Assembly (NCBI RefSeq): GCF_001194135.2 | Contig: NC_068989.1 | Location: 82,786,536 to 82,830,472 of the forward strand | Origin: Octopus bimaculoides | Lineage: Eukaryota | Length of the DNA: 43,937 nt | Direction of reading: 5' to 3' | Shown here: piece by piece, positions 12,326 through 23,579 of the stretch | Layout of the letters: the number at the start of each line of letters is the position of its first letter | How positions within the stretch are numbered: position 1 is the first letter of the stretch | Position numbers and translations under genes: made by a program | The notes under the pieces: model-generated | Databases searched by the model: none | Told to the model about the DNA's origin: nothing | The model's input: only the letters and a program-made list of their open reading frames with translations

Positions 12326-12500
12326 AGAGTGGGGTAAGTTAATTATGATTTTATTCAGCATATTCCTCTCGGAGATTCACACACTTATTGCAGCGGTCCT
12401 TTAGTTTTTCTAAGTCCTGTAAAAGAACTCGGAAGGTTGGGCCGCCAACCAGGCCTTTCGCGACACCCTTATAGCCAGGAACTTTTCAGCACCCCCGTCG
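12326..12500 (-). mobile_element. Internally deleted mariner: TIR fused to transposase C-terminus
   Basis: Minus strand reads cgacgggggtgctgaaaagttcctggct (mariner-type TIR), then AWLAAQPSEFF/(frameshift)QDLEKLKDRCNKCVNLREEYAE*. This matches the mariner C-terminal pattern W..QP.EF...G..KL..RW.KC....GEY.E*. The other end is lost in the gap. Confidence 0.85.
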
Positions 12501-12664
12501 TGTGTGTGTGTGTGTAATTTGCTTACGGTATTAGTTGATTATGTAGATCTTAGTATGATGGGTGTATACTGCATATGTAGACATATATACATGCGTATAT
12601 ATTTGTACTTGCATATATTAAATAGCTAAAGTTCTCGTCCGGTGTGTATGTATGTATGTATGTA

Positions 12665-12711
<47 letters not shown>

Positions 12712-13397
12712 ATGAATATGTTGTGAATAAACATACAAGGATATATTTCATAAATATACATTTAGCTTACGAATATTTGAATTCGTTCATTCTTCAGAGA
12801 ACGATTTACTAGCTTACAGCTACTAATGAAAATACAATGAGAAACATTTACAATTGATGTGTTCGCTGTCTTGGCAGTTTAGTTAATTAATTAATGCTAG
12901 TCGTTAATGAACGTACTAATGTATAATTGAGTAAAAGTATTGCCGATATAAGCATTGTTATGCAAATTAGACACCCGTTTCCTTCGCCATAAATAGTTAT
13001 AAATTACTATACTCTCTGAACAGGAATGAGAAACTGATCTCTGATGAAGCCTTATTAACTGGAACCATAAACTTGATCTCACTTCTTGGCTACAACTAAA
13101 ATTCTGTTCTTCAACAAAAGTTTTTTCGTTTATACTTTCGAGGAAATACGTGTTTACTTCTTCTACAAGTCATGCACTTACATGTTTTATTCTATACATT
13201 TGTATGTTTCCGTCACTTATTGGTTTTTGTGTTGTTGTGAGGAGTTGATTCTTTCATGCACTACGAAGGAAAAAAATTGCAGAGTGCACGGAAATACATC
13301 GGTAATAAGTGTTGATATGACGCAAAACTGGTTATAATGGAAATGAACGAAACAATTATGAAACTAAGCAATAAACGCAATTTGCTTATTCAATACG

Positions 13398-13428
<31 letters not shown>

Positions 13429-14290
13429 NNNNNNNNNNNNNNNNNNNNNNNNNNNNNNNNNNNNNNNNNNNNNNNNNNNNNNNNNNNNNNNNNNNNNNNN
13501 NNNNNNNNNNNNNNNNNNNNNNNNNNNNNNNNNNNNNNNNNNNNNNNNNNNNNNNNNNNNNNNNNNNNNNNNNNNNNNNNNNNNNNNNNNNNNNNNNNNN
13601 NNNNNNTATATAGGTGAGAAAGTTGGTATGTGAAAGCACGTGGTTGGATGTATAAAAGATAATAAGAGTGAAAAAACTACAGAAGGCTTGTGTTACATGG
13701 TTAAAGTATATATTTAAATTATGTCAGAAAAATGTTAGAAAAATGTTATAAAATCTTTTTGGTATATAAACATTGTATTTTGAGAAATAACCGGTTTCGT
13801 GTTGTCTTTTCAAATTTCTCTATTTCATTGTAACGTGTTCGCTCCAAAAAGAAGTTTGAAAACGCCAGTATATAAATAATTAATTTTAATTTATAATTTT
13901 GTCAGAGATATTTTTAACATGTTTCGGTTCTTGAAAAAACGAACCTTATCAAAAATACATATTTAAAAAAATGAAATTATTTGAAAAGTTCATAGTTGTT
14001 CCTTACTGGTGTCAACAGTCCACGTGGGAGCATTTTTTGTTGGTTGTAGTAGTAGTAGTATATAAAATGGAACTAGATATCGTAACAGGCGACAACAAAA
14101 CATTCGGACAGTTAGACGATGCAAAAAAAGGACAGGCAAAAACCAAGGACTGGTCAAGCACAGCATATCGCCCAACGCAGATATGCGCGTGTGTCTGCGC
14201 GCGCATGTGTACCTTTGAATATGTATGTGCATATATGTCTAATTGTTTTATTTCTTATAACATTGTCTTTTCTTTCTTTTTGTCTTTCAG

Positions 14291-14577
14291 TATGTCAGTT
14301 GGTGTGTTCATGGCTGGGGTTATCACACCAGTTCGATATACCCCAGCATCAACGACAACAACAACAACAACAACATCATCATCATCATCATCAACAACAA
14401 CTACACCAACAGAAGAACGGGTCAAGCTCTATTGAAGAAAGAAACAGAAGCTTCTCATTAACGGACAGTATTCATCAGTTTGGTGTCGGACTTTCACCTC
14501 AACGGTCAATATTTGCTGACCCTTGTTATAGCCTGTCTGTTAAGCCATGGTTACCCACAGCCCTACAGCCTGATTAG
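14291..14577 (+). CDS. Candidate terminal exon encoding a Q/H-rich peptide
   Basis: Strong polypyrimidine acceptor tctttcttttgtctttcag (ends 14290). Phase-1 frame xCQLVCSWLGLSHQFDIPQHQRQQQQQQHHHHHHQQQLHQQ...PTALQPD*. AATAAA at 14592-14597. Confidence 0.45.
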
Positions 14578-14908
14578 AACAAACATACAATAATAAAAAC
14601 TTCTCTGCTTCTCACTTCCTATCACCAGCACCATCAAAGTGTTACTTTTTTGTCGTTCTTCATTTCCTATGGTCCTGATTTCCACCCGTGGCGTTCACTA
14701 TTCATATGATTGCCACGTAATTTTTCTTTTGTAGATCTGTCTACCTATATTTAATCTTTTAATCAGACTACTTCACTACACCACATTTCATCGCTACTAC
14801 CAACACCACACCGTTGCTACTATTGTACTATACACTGACCACTAAACTTAACTGATCGCAAATTGGTGGCAGCAGACATTTTGTTTTGGAAGTTTAAAAA
14901 TTTTTCAG

Positions 14909-15169
14909 TTGAGATTAACTGAAGGAGTGACAACAACACCACCAGTAGTATTATTGGAAAGAATAGAAGCAAAACCTCCTTTAAAAAATACATTACCTCG
15001 CTTCCTCACTTTTATAATCACAAGTTTTTTGTACAAGAGCTATCAACCCCGCTACACCTCTTCCTTCCACGTCACCCAACTAAGAAAACTTCATACAGCT
15101 CCCAGTGACCCACTTCTCCACTTTCCTTCACTGCGTCATCATCAACATTACCATCATTATCATCATTAA
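14909..15169 (+). CDS. Candidate exon (86 codons, His-rich end)
   Basis: Open frame directly after tttttcag: LRLTEGVTTTPPVVLLERIEAKPP...RHHQHYHHYHH*. No recognisable domain. Confidence 0.2.
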   Translation: MRLTEGVTTTPPVVLLERIEAKPPLKNTLPRFLTFIITSFLYKSYQPRYTSSFHVTQLRKLHTAPSDPLLHFPSLRHHQHYHHYHH

Positions 15170-16420
15170 CCCCCAAATTCAGAACAACATATTTTACACG
15201 CCCCCCCCCCAACCTCGGACCTCTCCTACCTTAACTCCACCTCTCTTGGCTCCACGTGCTGCATTGTTTGGCGAGGTCAACACTAAAAACTTTTGTTCGC
15301 CGTTGTGGGAGCTAGTGGTACCCGGAAAGGGGTACTGTGCCTAGCTGCGTGATTGGGTGAGTGGAGTAAGTGGGTGGATGGGTGTTCTGGGAGACAGATA
15401 CACCCTTTCCCACCCACATACAAATAAATCGAAACACAAATAAACAAAACAATAATAACTATAATAAACAACAACGTGTCTGTCTGTCCCTCTCTGGATT
15501 ACTGGATTAACTGATGGATAAAGGTTTTGGATTATTACTTCTGCTGTATTTACATTTAGCGGCAATAACTAAAGGTAAGTCTTTACTACTACTGCTACTA
15601 ATACTACTACTACTTTCTGCAGGTCTGCCTTCTTCATCCATGTTACGTATATTTGCTTGCCTGTCTGTCTGCTCTGTGTCCGGTCTCTTCTATGTCCGTT
15701 TGTCAAATTACATCTTCCCATCTATTTCTAGCTGTCTGTTTATTTACTTGTCTGTAGTGAGGTAAGCAAAGTGTCAATTCTGAACTGTTGTCTTCCACCA
15801 TAGCCAACAGCCAGTCCCATTGTCTGACTTACACCCTACAGGCTTTTGGCTTGACATAAAAACCTACAGGCACCAATGGTCTGACGTACAGTCTACAACA
15901 GCGGTTCGCAATTTATTATTTTTTTTCACCTACGGACCCCTTTGATTACTATTTCATTCTGGTGGACCCTTATAGCCATTTAAGGTTTAAAAACTTGTCT
16001 CATAGATACTTTCAAAATTGCTGCTTTGCTTTTCACACATTAACTTGTGTAGTTTGAACTATGTAAAGTGTTCGAGAAAGAAACCTAACTGTTTCTTGCG
16101 GTAAATACATCTAAAGCAATTTTTTTTTCATGGATCCTTAATATATTACTGTGTACCCCCAGCTGATTATTTTGTTTGCGCCCCCCCCCCCATCTTATAT
16201 AGACCCCAGTTGAGAACCACCGACCTATAGGCTCAGTTTGATATACAGCCTACAGACCCTGCGATGTTTCTTTCTGTATTCCGATGGAGAGCTTCAGTCC
16301 AAAATGTTAAGCTTCCCACTCCTGACCTCACTGAAGCTCTCCATGGTTCTTAGTGGTAGTTGCCCTCTGTTGCTGCAGTCTCTTCTTATTCTCGACCTAA
16401 TTCGGTTCGTTCGTGTTGTC

Positions 16421-16600
16421 GCTTAAGTCCAGGTCAATACTGTTTCAGCGGAGATATGATCAAAGACTTTCTGGCCGTGACCAATACGTCGATTTAGGAT
16501 ATATCGAGGAATACGTTACACAATGCGTCTTTTTGTTATAGAAGTCGTTTAGGTGCGAGCTGATGGAGATTTGGCTGCTATTTCTTGTAGCAACCACGTC
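16421..16600 (-). mobile_element. Dispersed repeat family D (agaaatagcagccaaatctcc core, caa-like tail)
   Basis: Similar copies at about 26186-26365(-), 35601-35880(+), 37290-37475(-) and 38720-38900(+). Confidence 0.7.
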
Positions 16601-17462
16601 GGGGCTTGTCGCTACACTGAAACTTTGTGTGTGTGTTTTGCCACGTATGTGTGACTCATTGTCTCCAGAATGAATGTGTGTGCGTGACAAACAGCTTAGA
16701 TTCGTTTTCCAGTCATAAGTTTTCTGGTTCAATCCCACCATTCGGCATCTTGGGAGAGTGATGTTCTTCTTACCTTACCCGTGGATTAGTCTAAATCTTG
16801 TGAAACTTGTGGACGACGTTCAAAACCGATGAACGTGTAAGAAGGATCCAACTAACAACAAACCCTGTGTTTCTCTCTCTCTCTCTCCCTCACTGTGCCT
16901 GACCTTGGCCGTAAATTACTGGCCCTCTATCTGTCCATCTAGTCCACCACCTGTTCTTGAATATGCTATTTGTGAAATGTTTTCTTTTCTTATCACGGCA
17001 CTCATAAGCATTATATAGAATTATTATAGAAAGGGAAACCACACACACACACACACACACACACAAAGCACGTATAACACACATTGCATATATCTATACG
17101 CATAATATACATATACTTTCATGTATATTGTGTTAAGGAACATATATGTTGACACATACACACGCACATTACACGTCATGCACTATAAACTTGTTGTTTA
17201 TCTTATATAGTTACCGCTTTTGTTATTACTAAGTGGTTGTTACAGTTTTTGCCATTACTGTGGTAGTAGTAGCAGCAGTTATTGCTGTTGTTGTTGTTGT
17301 TGTTGTTGTCGTAAAGATAATGGCTAAGGAATCTTTCTAATTCTTTCATTGTCTTGTTTCTGTGGATAATGATGGCGACTGCTGAAAATTTCGGTATTTA
17401 TCCATTTCTCTTTACCAGTCGTGTGTGTAAGCATGCATGCATGCGCTCGTGTACATATTCAT

Positions 17463-17645
17463 TTATTTGTTTCAGTCATTTGACTGCGGCCATGCTGGGG
17501 CACCACCTTGAATAATTTTTTGTCGGAAGCAATCGATCCTAGAGTACTTGTTTGTTTTGTAAAGCCCGGTACTTAGCGGTTCGGCAAAAAAGATCGAGAG
17601 AGTAAGTTCCGGACACGTAAAGTCACCAACACTGGTTGTCAAGCG
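17463..17645 (-). mobile_element. 3' half of SINE family A
   Basis: ttgtttcagtcatttgactgcggccatgctggggcacc...cttagcggttcggc...ggttgtcaagcg. Confidence 0.85.
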
Positions 17646-17689
17646 GCAATCGCACGCACGCACGCACGCACGCACGCGCGATCATTTAA

Positions 17690-17830
17690 CGTTCGTGTTC
17701 TATGCTGGGTTGGACAGCTTGACAGGATCCAATGAGTCGGGTCCAAGTGATGCATCGTGTTCCAATGGTTTCTACGATTGGATACCCTTCCTATAACACT
17801 AACCACTTTATAGCGGGGACTGGAGATTTT
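17690..17830 (-). mobile_element. Degenerate SINE-like fragment (central-domain type ...gtggttagtgttataggaagggtatcc...)
   Basis: Resembles the widespread gtggttggcgttaggaagggcatcc SINE motif; a related fragment lies at about 27920-27960. Confidence 0.5.
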
Positions 17831-18569
17831 TCTTCCGTGCAGCCTGCACTACTGAGGTTGCCGTGTAGCTTGCAGAACAAGAAGCCCTGGAGTTGAGGGC
17901 CGGTGTGGTTGCCAGCGTCTTACTTGTGGACGGAGGATTGAACTATGAAAAGGAACAGGTAGTGCAGATCCTTTTAGAGTGTCTGACGAGCTTACTCTTT
18001 ACCTTGTAGGGGAAAGGGAGAGAAAGAGAAAATGAACGTTAGGAGTTGCAAAAACTAATAGCAACGAGGTGTCTGGACGGTCCCCCCAAAGTTGCATAGA
18101 TACCCCCTCCATATATCTGTATGTGTGTGTGTGTCTACATTCTTTATTTTAGGAGCATTACCTTCAAACCTTATACTTTATTACACTTATTTCAGTTTGT
18201 TACTTATTTTATCAGTGTCTGTTTGTGGAACCATTTAGTTACGTGTTTTGAAATAGTATGAGTTTTACGTAATCAGAGACACGGATATACAAGGCACAGT
18301 CTTTTCATGGTTTCAGTGATTCGACTGCGGTCATCTGGAGGTTCTTAGCCGATCACATCGATTCCTGTACTTCTTGTAGTAATGTTTGTTTAATAGCATC
18401 GCTATAGTTACAGACGGAACATAGACATGGACACTGATTACGGTACAGATTACGAAACAGCTGTCAACAAATGGCAATAAACGTTTCATCTCTCACTACT
18501 ATTTTGTTTAATTATATATATATATATTATTTTGTTTAATTACACACACTCACACATTTATGTTGACAG

Positions 18570-18788
18570 GACGTCGGCCGAATGTGTTGGCCTACAAGCG
18601 CCATCTTCATATCTGCAGATAGACCTATTCCCAACTATGTTGTTACCTTTTACGAAGAAGACGGAACGCTTACTGTGGAATCTGATTACGCCTCCTTGTC
18701 CGCTTTCACTGTCGGCGCCTCCTCATCGTTTATTAAAGGGTCGCAATGGGAATGTGACATTTTAGTGCAACTGAACTCACCCAAATGA
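18570..18788 (+). CDS. Candidate exon or pseudo-exon, weakly ZU5-like
   Basis: tgttgacag| acceptor; DVGRMCWPTSAIFISADRPIPNYVVTFYEEDGTLTVESDYASLSAFTVGASSSFIKGSQWECDILVQLNSPK*. Higher GC and non-repetitive. Confidence 0.3.
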   Translation, partial: DVGRMCWPTSAIFISADRPIPNYVVTFYEEDGTLTVESDYASLSAFTVGASSSFIKGSQWECDILVQLNSPK

Positions 18789-18976
18789 TGTGGAGTATTT
18801 TTAAAAGTTCAGCGCTATTAAGGGGATGATCTATGGCAACCAGTCATTTAAGATATCGATAAGAAAGGGAAGACTTGGCTTATACATCACTCCACACTGC
18901 CTTATTTGGTCATATACATCATCACTGAAAGGAAAACAATTATCAGATTATTAGATACAAATGGTTAACCGATCAG

Positions 18977-19228
18977 GTTTCTATTCGAAGTGACCCCCTT
19001 CTAGATAAGCTCCCTTCATCACGGTTAGAGAATACGAGTTTACTCATCACTCCTAGTTGTCTGACATCACCCACCCCCCGTTCATCATGTCCCAGCACAC
19101 TCTTGCTAAATAGCCTGCAGGGACATGAGACAGGAGACAGCAAGCAAGCAAGCAAGCATGATGAAGCGGAGTTAGCAGTTTCATCAACGACGATGGAAAC
19201 ATGTACTGTATTACATGGTAGCGTGTAA
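18977..19228 (+). CDS. Candidate terminal exon, S/T/P-rich (83 aa)
   Basis: gatcag|VSIRSDPLLDKLPSSRLENTSLLITPSCLTSPTPRSSCP...METCTVLHGSV*. Part of a 99-codon stop-free frame (18929-19228) absent from the ORF track because it lacks an early start codon. Confidence 0.25.
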   Translation, partial: VSIRSDPLLDKLPSSRLENTSLLITPSCLTSPTPRSSCPSTLLLNSLQGHETGDSKQASKHDEAELAVSSTTMETCTVLHGSV

Positions 19229-20650
19229 AAGTTATTACAGCCTTGCATGGATATAATACACATATACTTTATATATATATATATATATATATACATAAAG
19301 AATAATAATAAATGGAGCAAAACNNNNNNNNNNNNNNNNNNNNNNNNNNNNNNNNNNNNNNNNNNNNNNNNNNNNNNNNNNNNNNNNNNNNNNNNNNNNN
19401 NNNNNNNNNNNNNNNNNNNNNNNNNNNNNNNNNNNNNNNNNNNNNNNNNNNNNNNNNNNNNNNNNNNNNNNNNNNNNNNNNNNNNNNNNNNNNNNNNNNN
19501 NNNNNNNNNNNNNNNNNNNNNNNNNNNNNNNNNNNNNNNNNNNNNNNNNNNNNNNNNNNNNNNNNNNNNNNNNNNNNNNNNNNNNNNNNNNNNNNNNNNN
19601 NNNNNNNNNNNNNNNNNNNNNNNNNNNNNNNNNNNNNNNNNNNNNNNNNNNNNNNNNNNNNNNNNNNNNNNNNNNNNNNNNNNNNNNNNNNNNNNNNNNN
19701 NNNNNNNNNNNNNNNNNNNNNNNNNNNNNNNNNNNNNNNNNNNNNNNNNNNNNNNNNNNNNNNNNNNNNNNNNNNNNNNNNNNNNNNNNNNNNNNNNNNN
19801 NNNNNNNNNNNNNNNNNNNNNNNNNNNNNNNNNNNNNNNNNNNNNNNNNNNNNNNNNNNNNNNNNNNNNNNNNNNNNNNNNNNNNNNNNNNNNNNNNNNN
19901 NNNNNNNNNNNNNNNNNNNNNNNNNNNNNNNNNNNNNNNNNNNNNNNNNNNNNNNNNNNNNNNNNNNNNNNNNNNNNNNNNNNNNNNNNNNNNNNNNNNN
20001 NNNNNNNNNNNNNNNNNNNNNNNNNNNNNNNNNNNNNNNNNNNNNNNNNNNNNNNNNNNNNNNNNNNNNNNNNNNNNNNNNNNNNNNNNNNNNNNNNNNN
20101 NNNNNNNNNNNNNNNNNNNNNNNNNNNNNNNNNNNNNNNNNNNNNNNNNNNNNNNNNNNNNNNNNNNNNNNNNNNNNNNNNNNNNNNNNNNNNNNNNNNN
20201 NNNNNNNNNNNNNNNNNNNNNNNNNNNNNNNNNNNNNNNNNNNNNNNNNNNNNNNNNNNNNNNNNNNNNNNNNNNNNNNNNNNNNNNNNNNNNNNNNNNN
20301 NNGGAAGAGGCACTTCACACATTTAGTAGATATTATTATTTGAAATAGTTTGATTCGCTCCCATGCCACTCGAGCCTACGAAACTTTAAGTTGCACGAGG
20401 CCGAATCAAATTGTTTTTAATAATAATAATAATAATGATGATGATGATGATGATGATGAGCACGCGGTGTTTATCTTGATATGAGATCACCATGTCGCTC
20501 GCATACGGTTGTGATGCATGTGCCTGGTGTACCCTTATCAGACGGGTAGTCATGATGGGTATATTAGGCTTCGTATATTTTAGCTCAGTGTCCCTTTGAT
20601 GGCATGCTCTGCTCTCTCACTCAATGATGATGATGATAATAATAATAATA

Positions 20651-20840
20651 ATCCTTTCTACTTCAGGCGCAAGGCCTGAAATTTTGGGGAAGTAGGATAA
20701 TCGATTACATCGACCCCAGTGCATAACTGGTACTTAATTTATCGACCCCGAAAGGACGAAAGGTAAAGTCGACCTCGGCAGAATTTGAACTCAGAAGATA
20801 GTGACGGGCGAAATACCACCAAACATTTCGTCCGGCACGA
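20651..20840 (-). mobile_element. SINE family B, 5' end degraded, within (TAA)n context
   Basis: Reverse complement of the family-B body and tail. Confidence 0.88.
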
Positions 20841-21413
20841 ATAATAATAGTAATAAAAATAATAATAATGATGATATTAGTGTGTGTATGTGTGCGCGCA
20901 TGTCTGTCCGTTTGTAAATCCGTCTGACTATCCGGCTGTCTGTCTATTTGTCTAAATGTGTATATCTATCTGTCTGTTTTTGTGTTAGTTTAAGTGTGTG
21001 TGTGTGTGTGTGTGTGTGTACGTGTACCCATAACTACACACTCATAAATACACCGCACAACTTCTGTGTAGAAGTATGTAAATGTGTGTGTGTGTGTGTG
21101 TGTGTGTGTACGTGAGAGAGAGTAGTGACGCAGCCAGCCAACCAGCCAGGTAGAGACAGGTGAAACTGTGTAATTGTGTTTAAGTAGCTACTTAGAACCT
21201 CTTAAAACATGTAGTAGCAATCACTACAATAACAATTCTACTACCAGTCGCGGCGGCGGCGGCGGTAATTACGACCAGGTGACGTGGTGTGGTCGTCGGT
21301 GTACATATGCAACAGTTGACGATGTGGTGAGACGATCAAATGCGAGCGAGGCAAGCAAGCGAGCGGGGAGGGGATATGATGTCAATTTGCCAGTGTATAT
21401 TGCGTAGAGGAGT

Positions 21414-22103
21414 GGAAGCGCAATGGCCCAGTGGTTAGGGCAGCGGACTCGCGGTCATAGGATCGCGGTTTCGATTCCCAGACCGGGCGTTGTGAGTGTT
21501 TATTGAACGAAAACGCCTAAAGCTCCACGAGGCTCCGGCAGGGGATGGTGGCGAATCCTGCTCTACTCTTTCACCACAACTTTCTCTCACTCTTACTTCC
21601 TGTTTCTGTTGTGCCTGTAATTCAAAGGGCCAGCCTTGTCACACTGTGTGTCACGCTGAATATCCCCGTGTCTGTGGAGTGCTCAGCCACTTGCACGTTA
21701 ATTTCACAAGCAGGCTGTTCCGTTGATCGGATCAACTGGAACNNNNNNNNNNGTTAGGGCAGCGGACTCGCGGTCATAGGATCGCGGTTTCGATTCCCAG
21801 ACCGGGCGTTGTGAGTGTTTATTGAACGAAAACGCCTAAAGCTCCACGAGGCTCCGGCAGGGGATGGTGGCGAATCCTGCTCTACTCTTTCACCACAACT
21901 TTCTCTCACTCTTACTTCCTGTTTCTGTTGTGCCTGTAATTCAAAGGGCCAGCCTTGTCACACTGTGTGTCACGCTGAATATCCCCGTGTCTGTGGAGTG
22001 CTCAGCCACTTGCACGTTAATTTCACAAGCAGGCTGTTCCGTTGATCGGATCAACTGGAACCCTCGACATCGTAAGCGATGGAGTGACAACAACAACATC
22101 AAC
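21414..22103 (+). mobile_element. tRNA-derived SINE family C with (CAA)n tail, assembled twice across a 10-N gap
   Basis: Box A tggcccagtgg (21424-21434), box B ggtttcgattcc (21467-21478), tail caacaacaac. 21434-21742 is identical to 21753-22061. Confidence 0.88.
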
Positions 22104-22166
22104 GTTGGTGTTGTGTTGATGCAGTTTTGTGACTGAGGCTTACAGTATCTTGGTAGGTCTGACTGA

Positions 22167-22197
<31 letters not shown>

Positions 22198-22512
22198 GTC
22201 TAGAAGACAAGCAGCTCATCAAGACATCGTATTGGCTACAGACAATGATACCTGGTCAAAATAATTACAACAGGCTGGATACATCGGTGCCATGTAATGG
22301 TGTTAGCTGCACTAGTCTGCAATTATCTAGATTATTCTGCCTCTTTTACATTTTATATAATTCTCCCACTGTTCTTTTTGTTTTTTCGGTTCTTTGTGGT
22401 TTTCGTCACTGTCTACGATTTTGTTCCAATTGTTTTCAAATTTGGTATATGGATTTAAGTTTTGTATACTAGTTATGAAAATGAAATTTATTTCCCCTAT
22501 AAATCTATAATT

Positions 22513-22893
22513 AAAAAGTTATTAGTCTTTAAGATTTGCAAAATTTGGGTTTTAGCCAATCAGTAGCGAGTATTTTAGACATCACCGTGGAGAAGAAGTC
22601 TGTTTCTGTTAGTAACCAAAGCAAGGAAGCACCACATGTTCCATAGCTGATTGCGGAGAACTCTGTTTTCATAGTAACCAAAGATGCTGCGCATGCGCAC
22701 AAAGAGTGTAGTCACCACTTGTTCTACAATTGTTTGCTTTCATAACAGATGGAACTTGCACAATTTTTAGTTTATTATTTTGACATGCCGATGCCTCTCG
22801 TCCCCTGATGATATAAGAGGCAGCGAACGCGCTGTTTTCTGATTGGTTGAAAATTCTGAAAATTGTCAAATTTTGAACACCTATAACTTTTTT
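22513..22893. mobile_element. MITE-like element with imperfect inverted repeats
   Basis: aaaaagttattag...ttagccaatcag (22513-22563) versus ctgattggttg...ctataacttttt (22839-22893); central palindrome tgcgcatgcgca at 22688-22699. Confidence 0.55.
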
Positions 22894-23274
22894 GAAAAAT
22901 TTTTCTGGAATAAATGAATAACAAATTCGGATTCAGCGTCAAAAACTACATCTATATGATTCATTAAAGAATTTTTTTAAAGATAATTGTAAACAGTGAC
23001 GTAAATCACAAAGATCCCTTTTTTCTGTACCTTACTTCTCTCTTGCCTTTTTTCCTCTCCCCTTTTGGTTTATCATCATCATCATCATCATCGTCGTTGT
23101 TATTATCATTATTAGATGTCAAGCTGGCAGAATTACCAACATCTTGTTCGGCTCTCTATGTTCTGAGTTGGAATTTTGCCAACGTCAGCTTTGCCTTTGT
23201 CCTTTTAAGGTAAAAAAAAAAAAGAAGTACCAATTGAGCGCAGATAATCTGTGTGTGTGTATACTTAGGTCGGC

Positions 23275-23450
23275 GCGTGGCTTAGTTGTTACGATGTTGC
23301 ACTCACGAACGCGAGATCATCGTTTCGATATTCGGGACCGGCTGGTGCGTTGTGTTCTTGAGCAAAAGCATCTCGCGTTGCTCTGCGATCACTTCGACAG
23401 CCGTGCACCGGCTCAGGCAACGTCGTTTTGATATAGGGTGTGAACTAAGG
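23275..23450 (+). mobile_element. Diverged tRNA-derived SINE (V-domain-like gcgttgtgttcttgagcaa)
   Basis: ggcgcgtggcttagttgtta box A-like and gtttcgatattc box B-like. Confidence 0.6.
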
Positions 23451-23579
23451 TACGGCACAAATATTTGATAACAATAAACCAGTGATTCTCAATCAGGGTC
23501 CATATGGCCCTTGGATATCCCCCTTATAAGATCTTGTTAAAATCTATGTGTAGCAATTCCCAATAATATTTAATAATTA

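Noticed and set aside
18786-18852. A-to-I editing rescue of the in-frame stops
   Set aside because: It would need simultaneous recoding of one TGA and two TAA codons, with no supporting structure. Too speculative.
20460-20469. 10-nt match to miR-124 (gcacgcggtg)
   Set aside because: Flanks diverge from the mature miRNA and there is no hairpin.
21414-21490. tRNA-like sequence
   Set aside because: It has box A/B but continues into a SINE body and (CAA)n tail; no complete cloverleaf acceptor stem is evident.
21496-22136. Duplicated 76-aa and 70/90-aa ORFs
   Set aside because: They lie wholly inside SINE family C and its probable assembly duplication.
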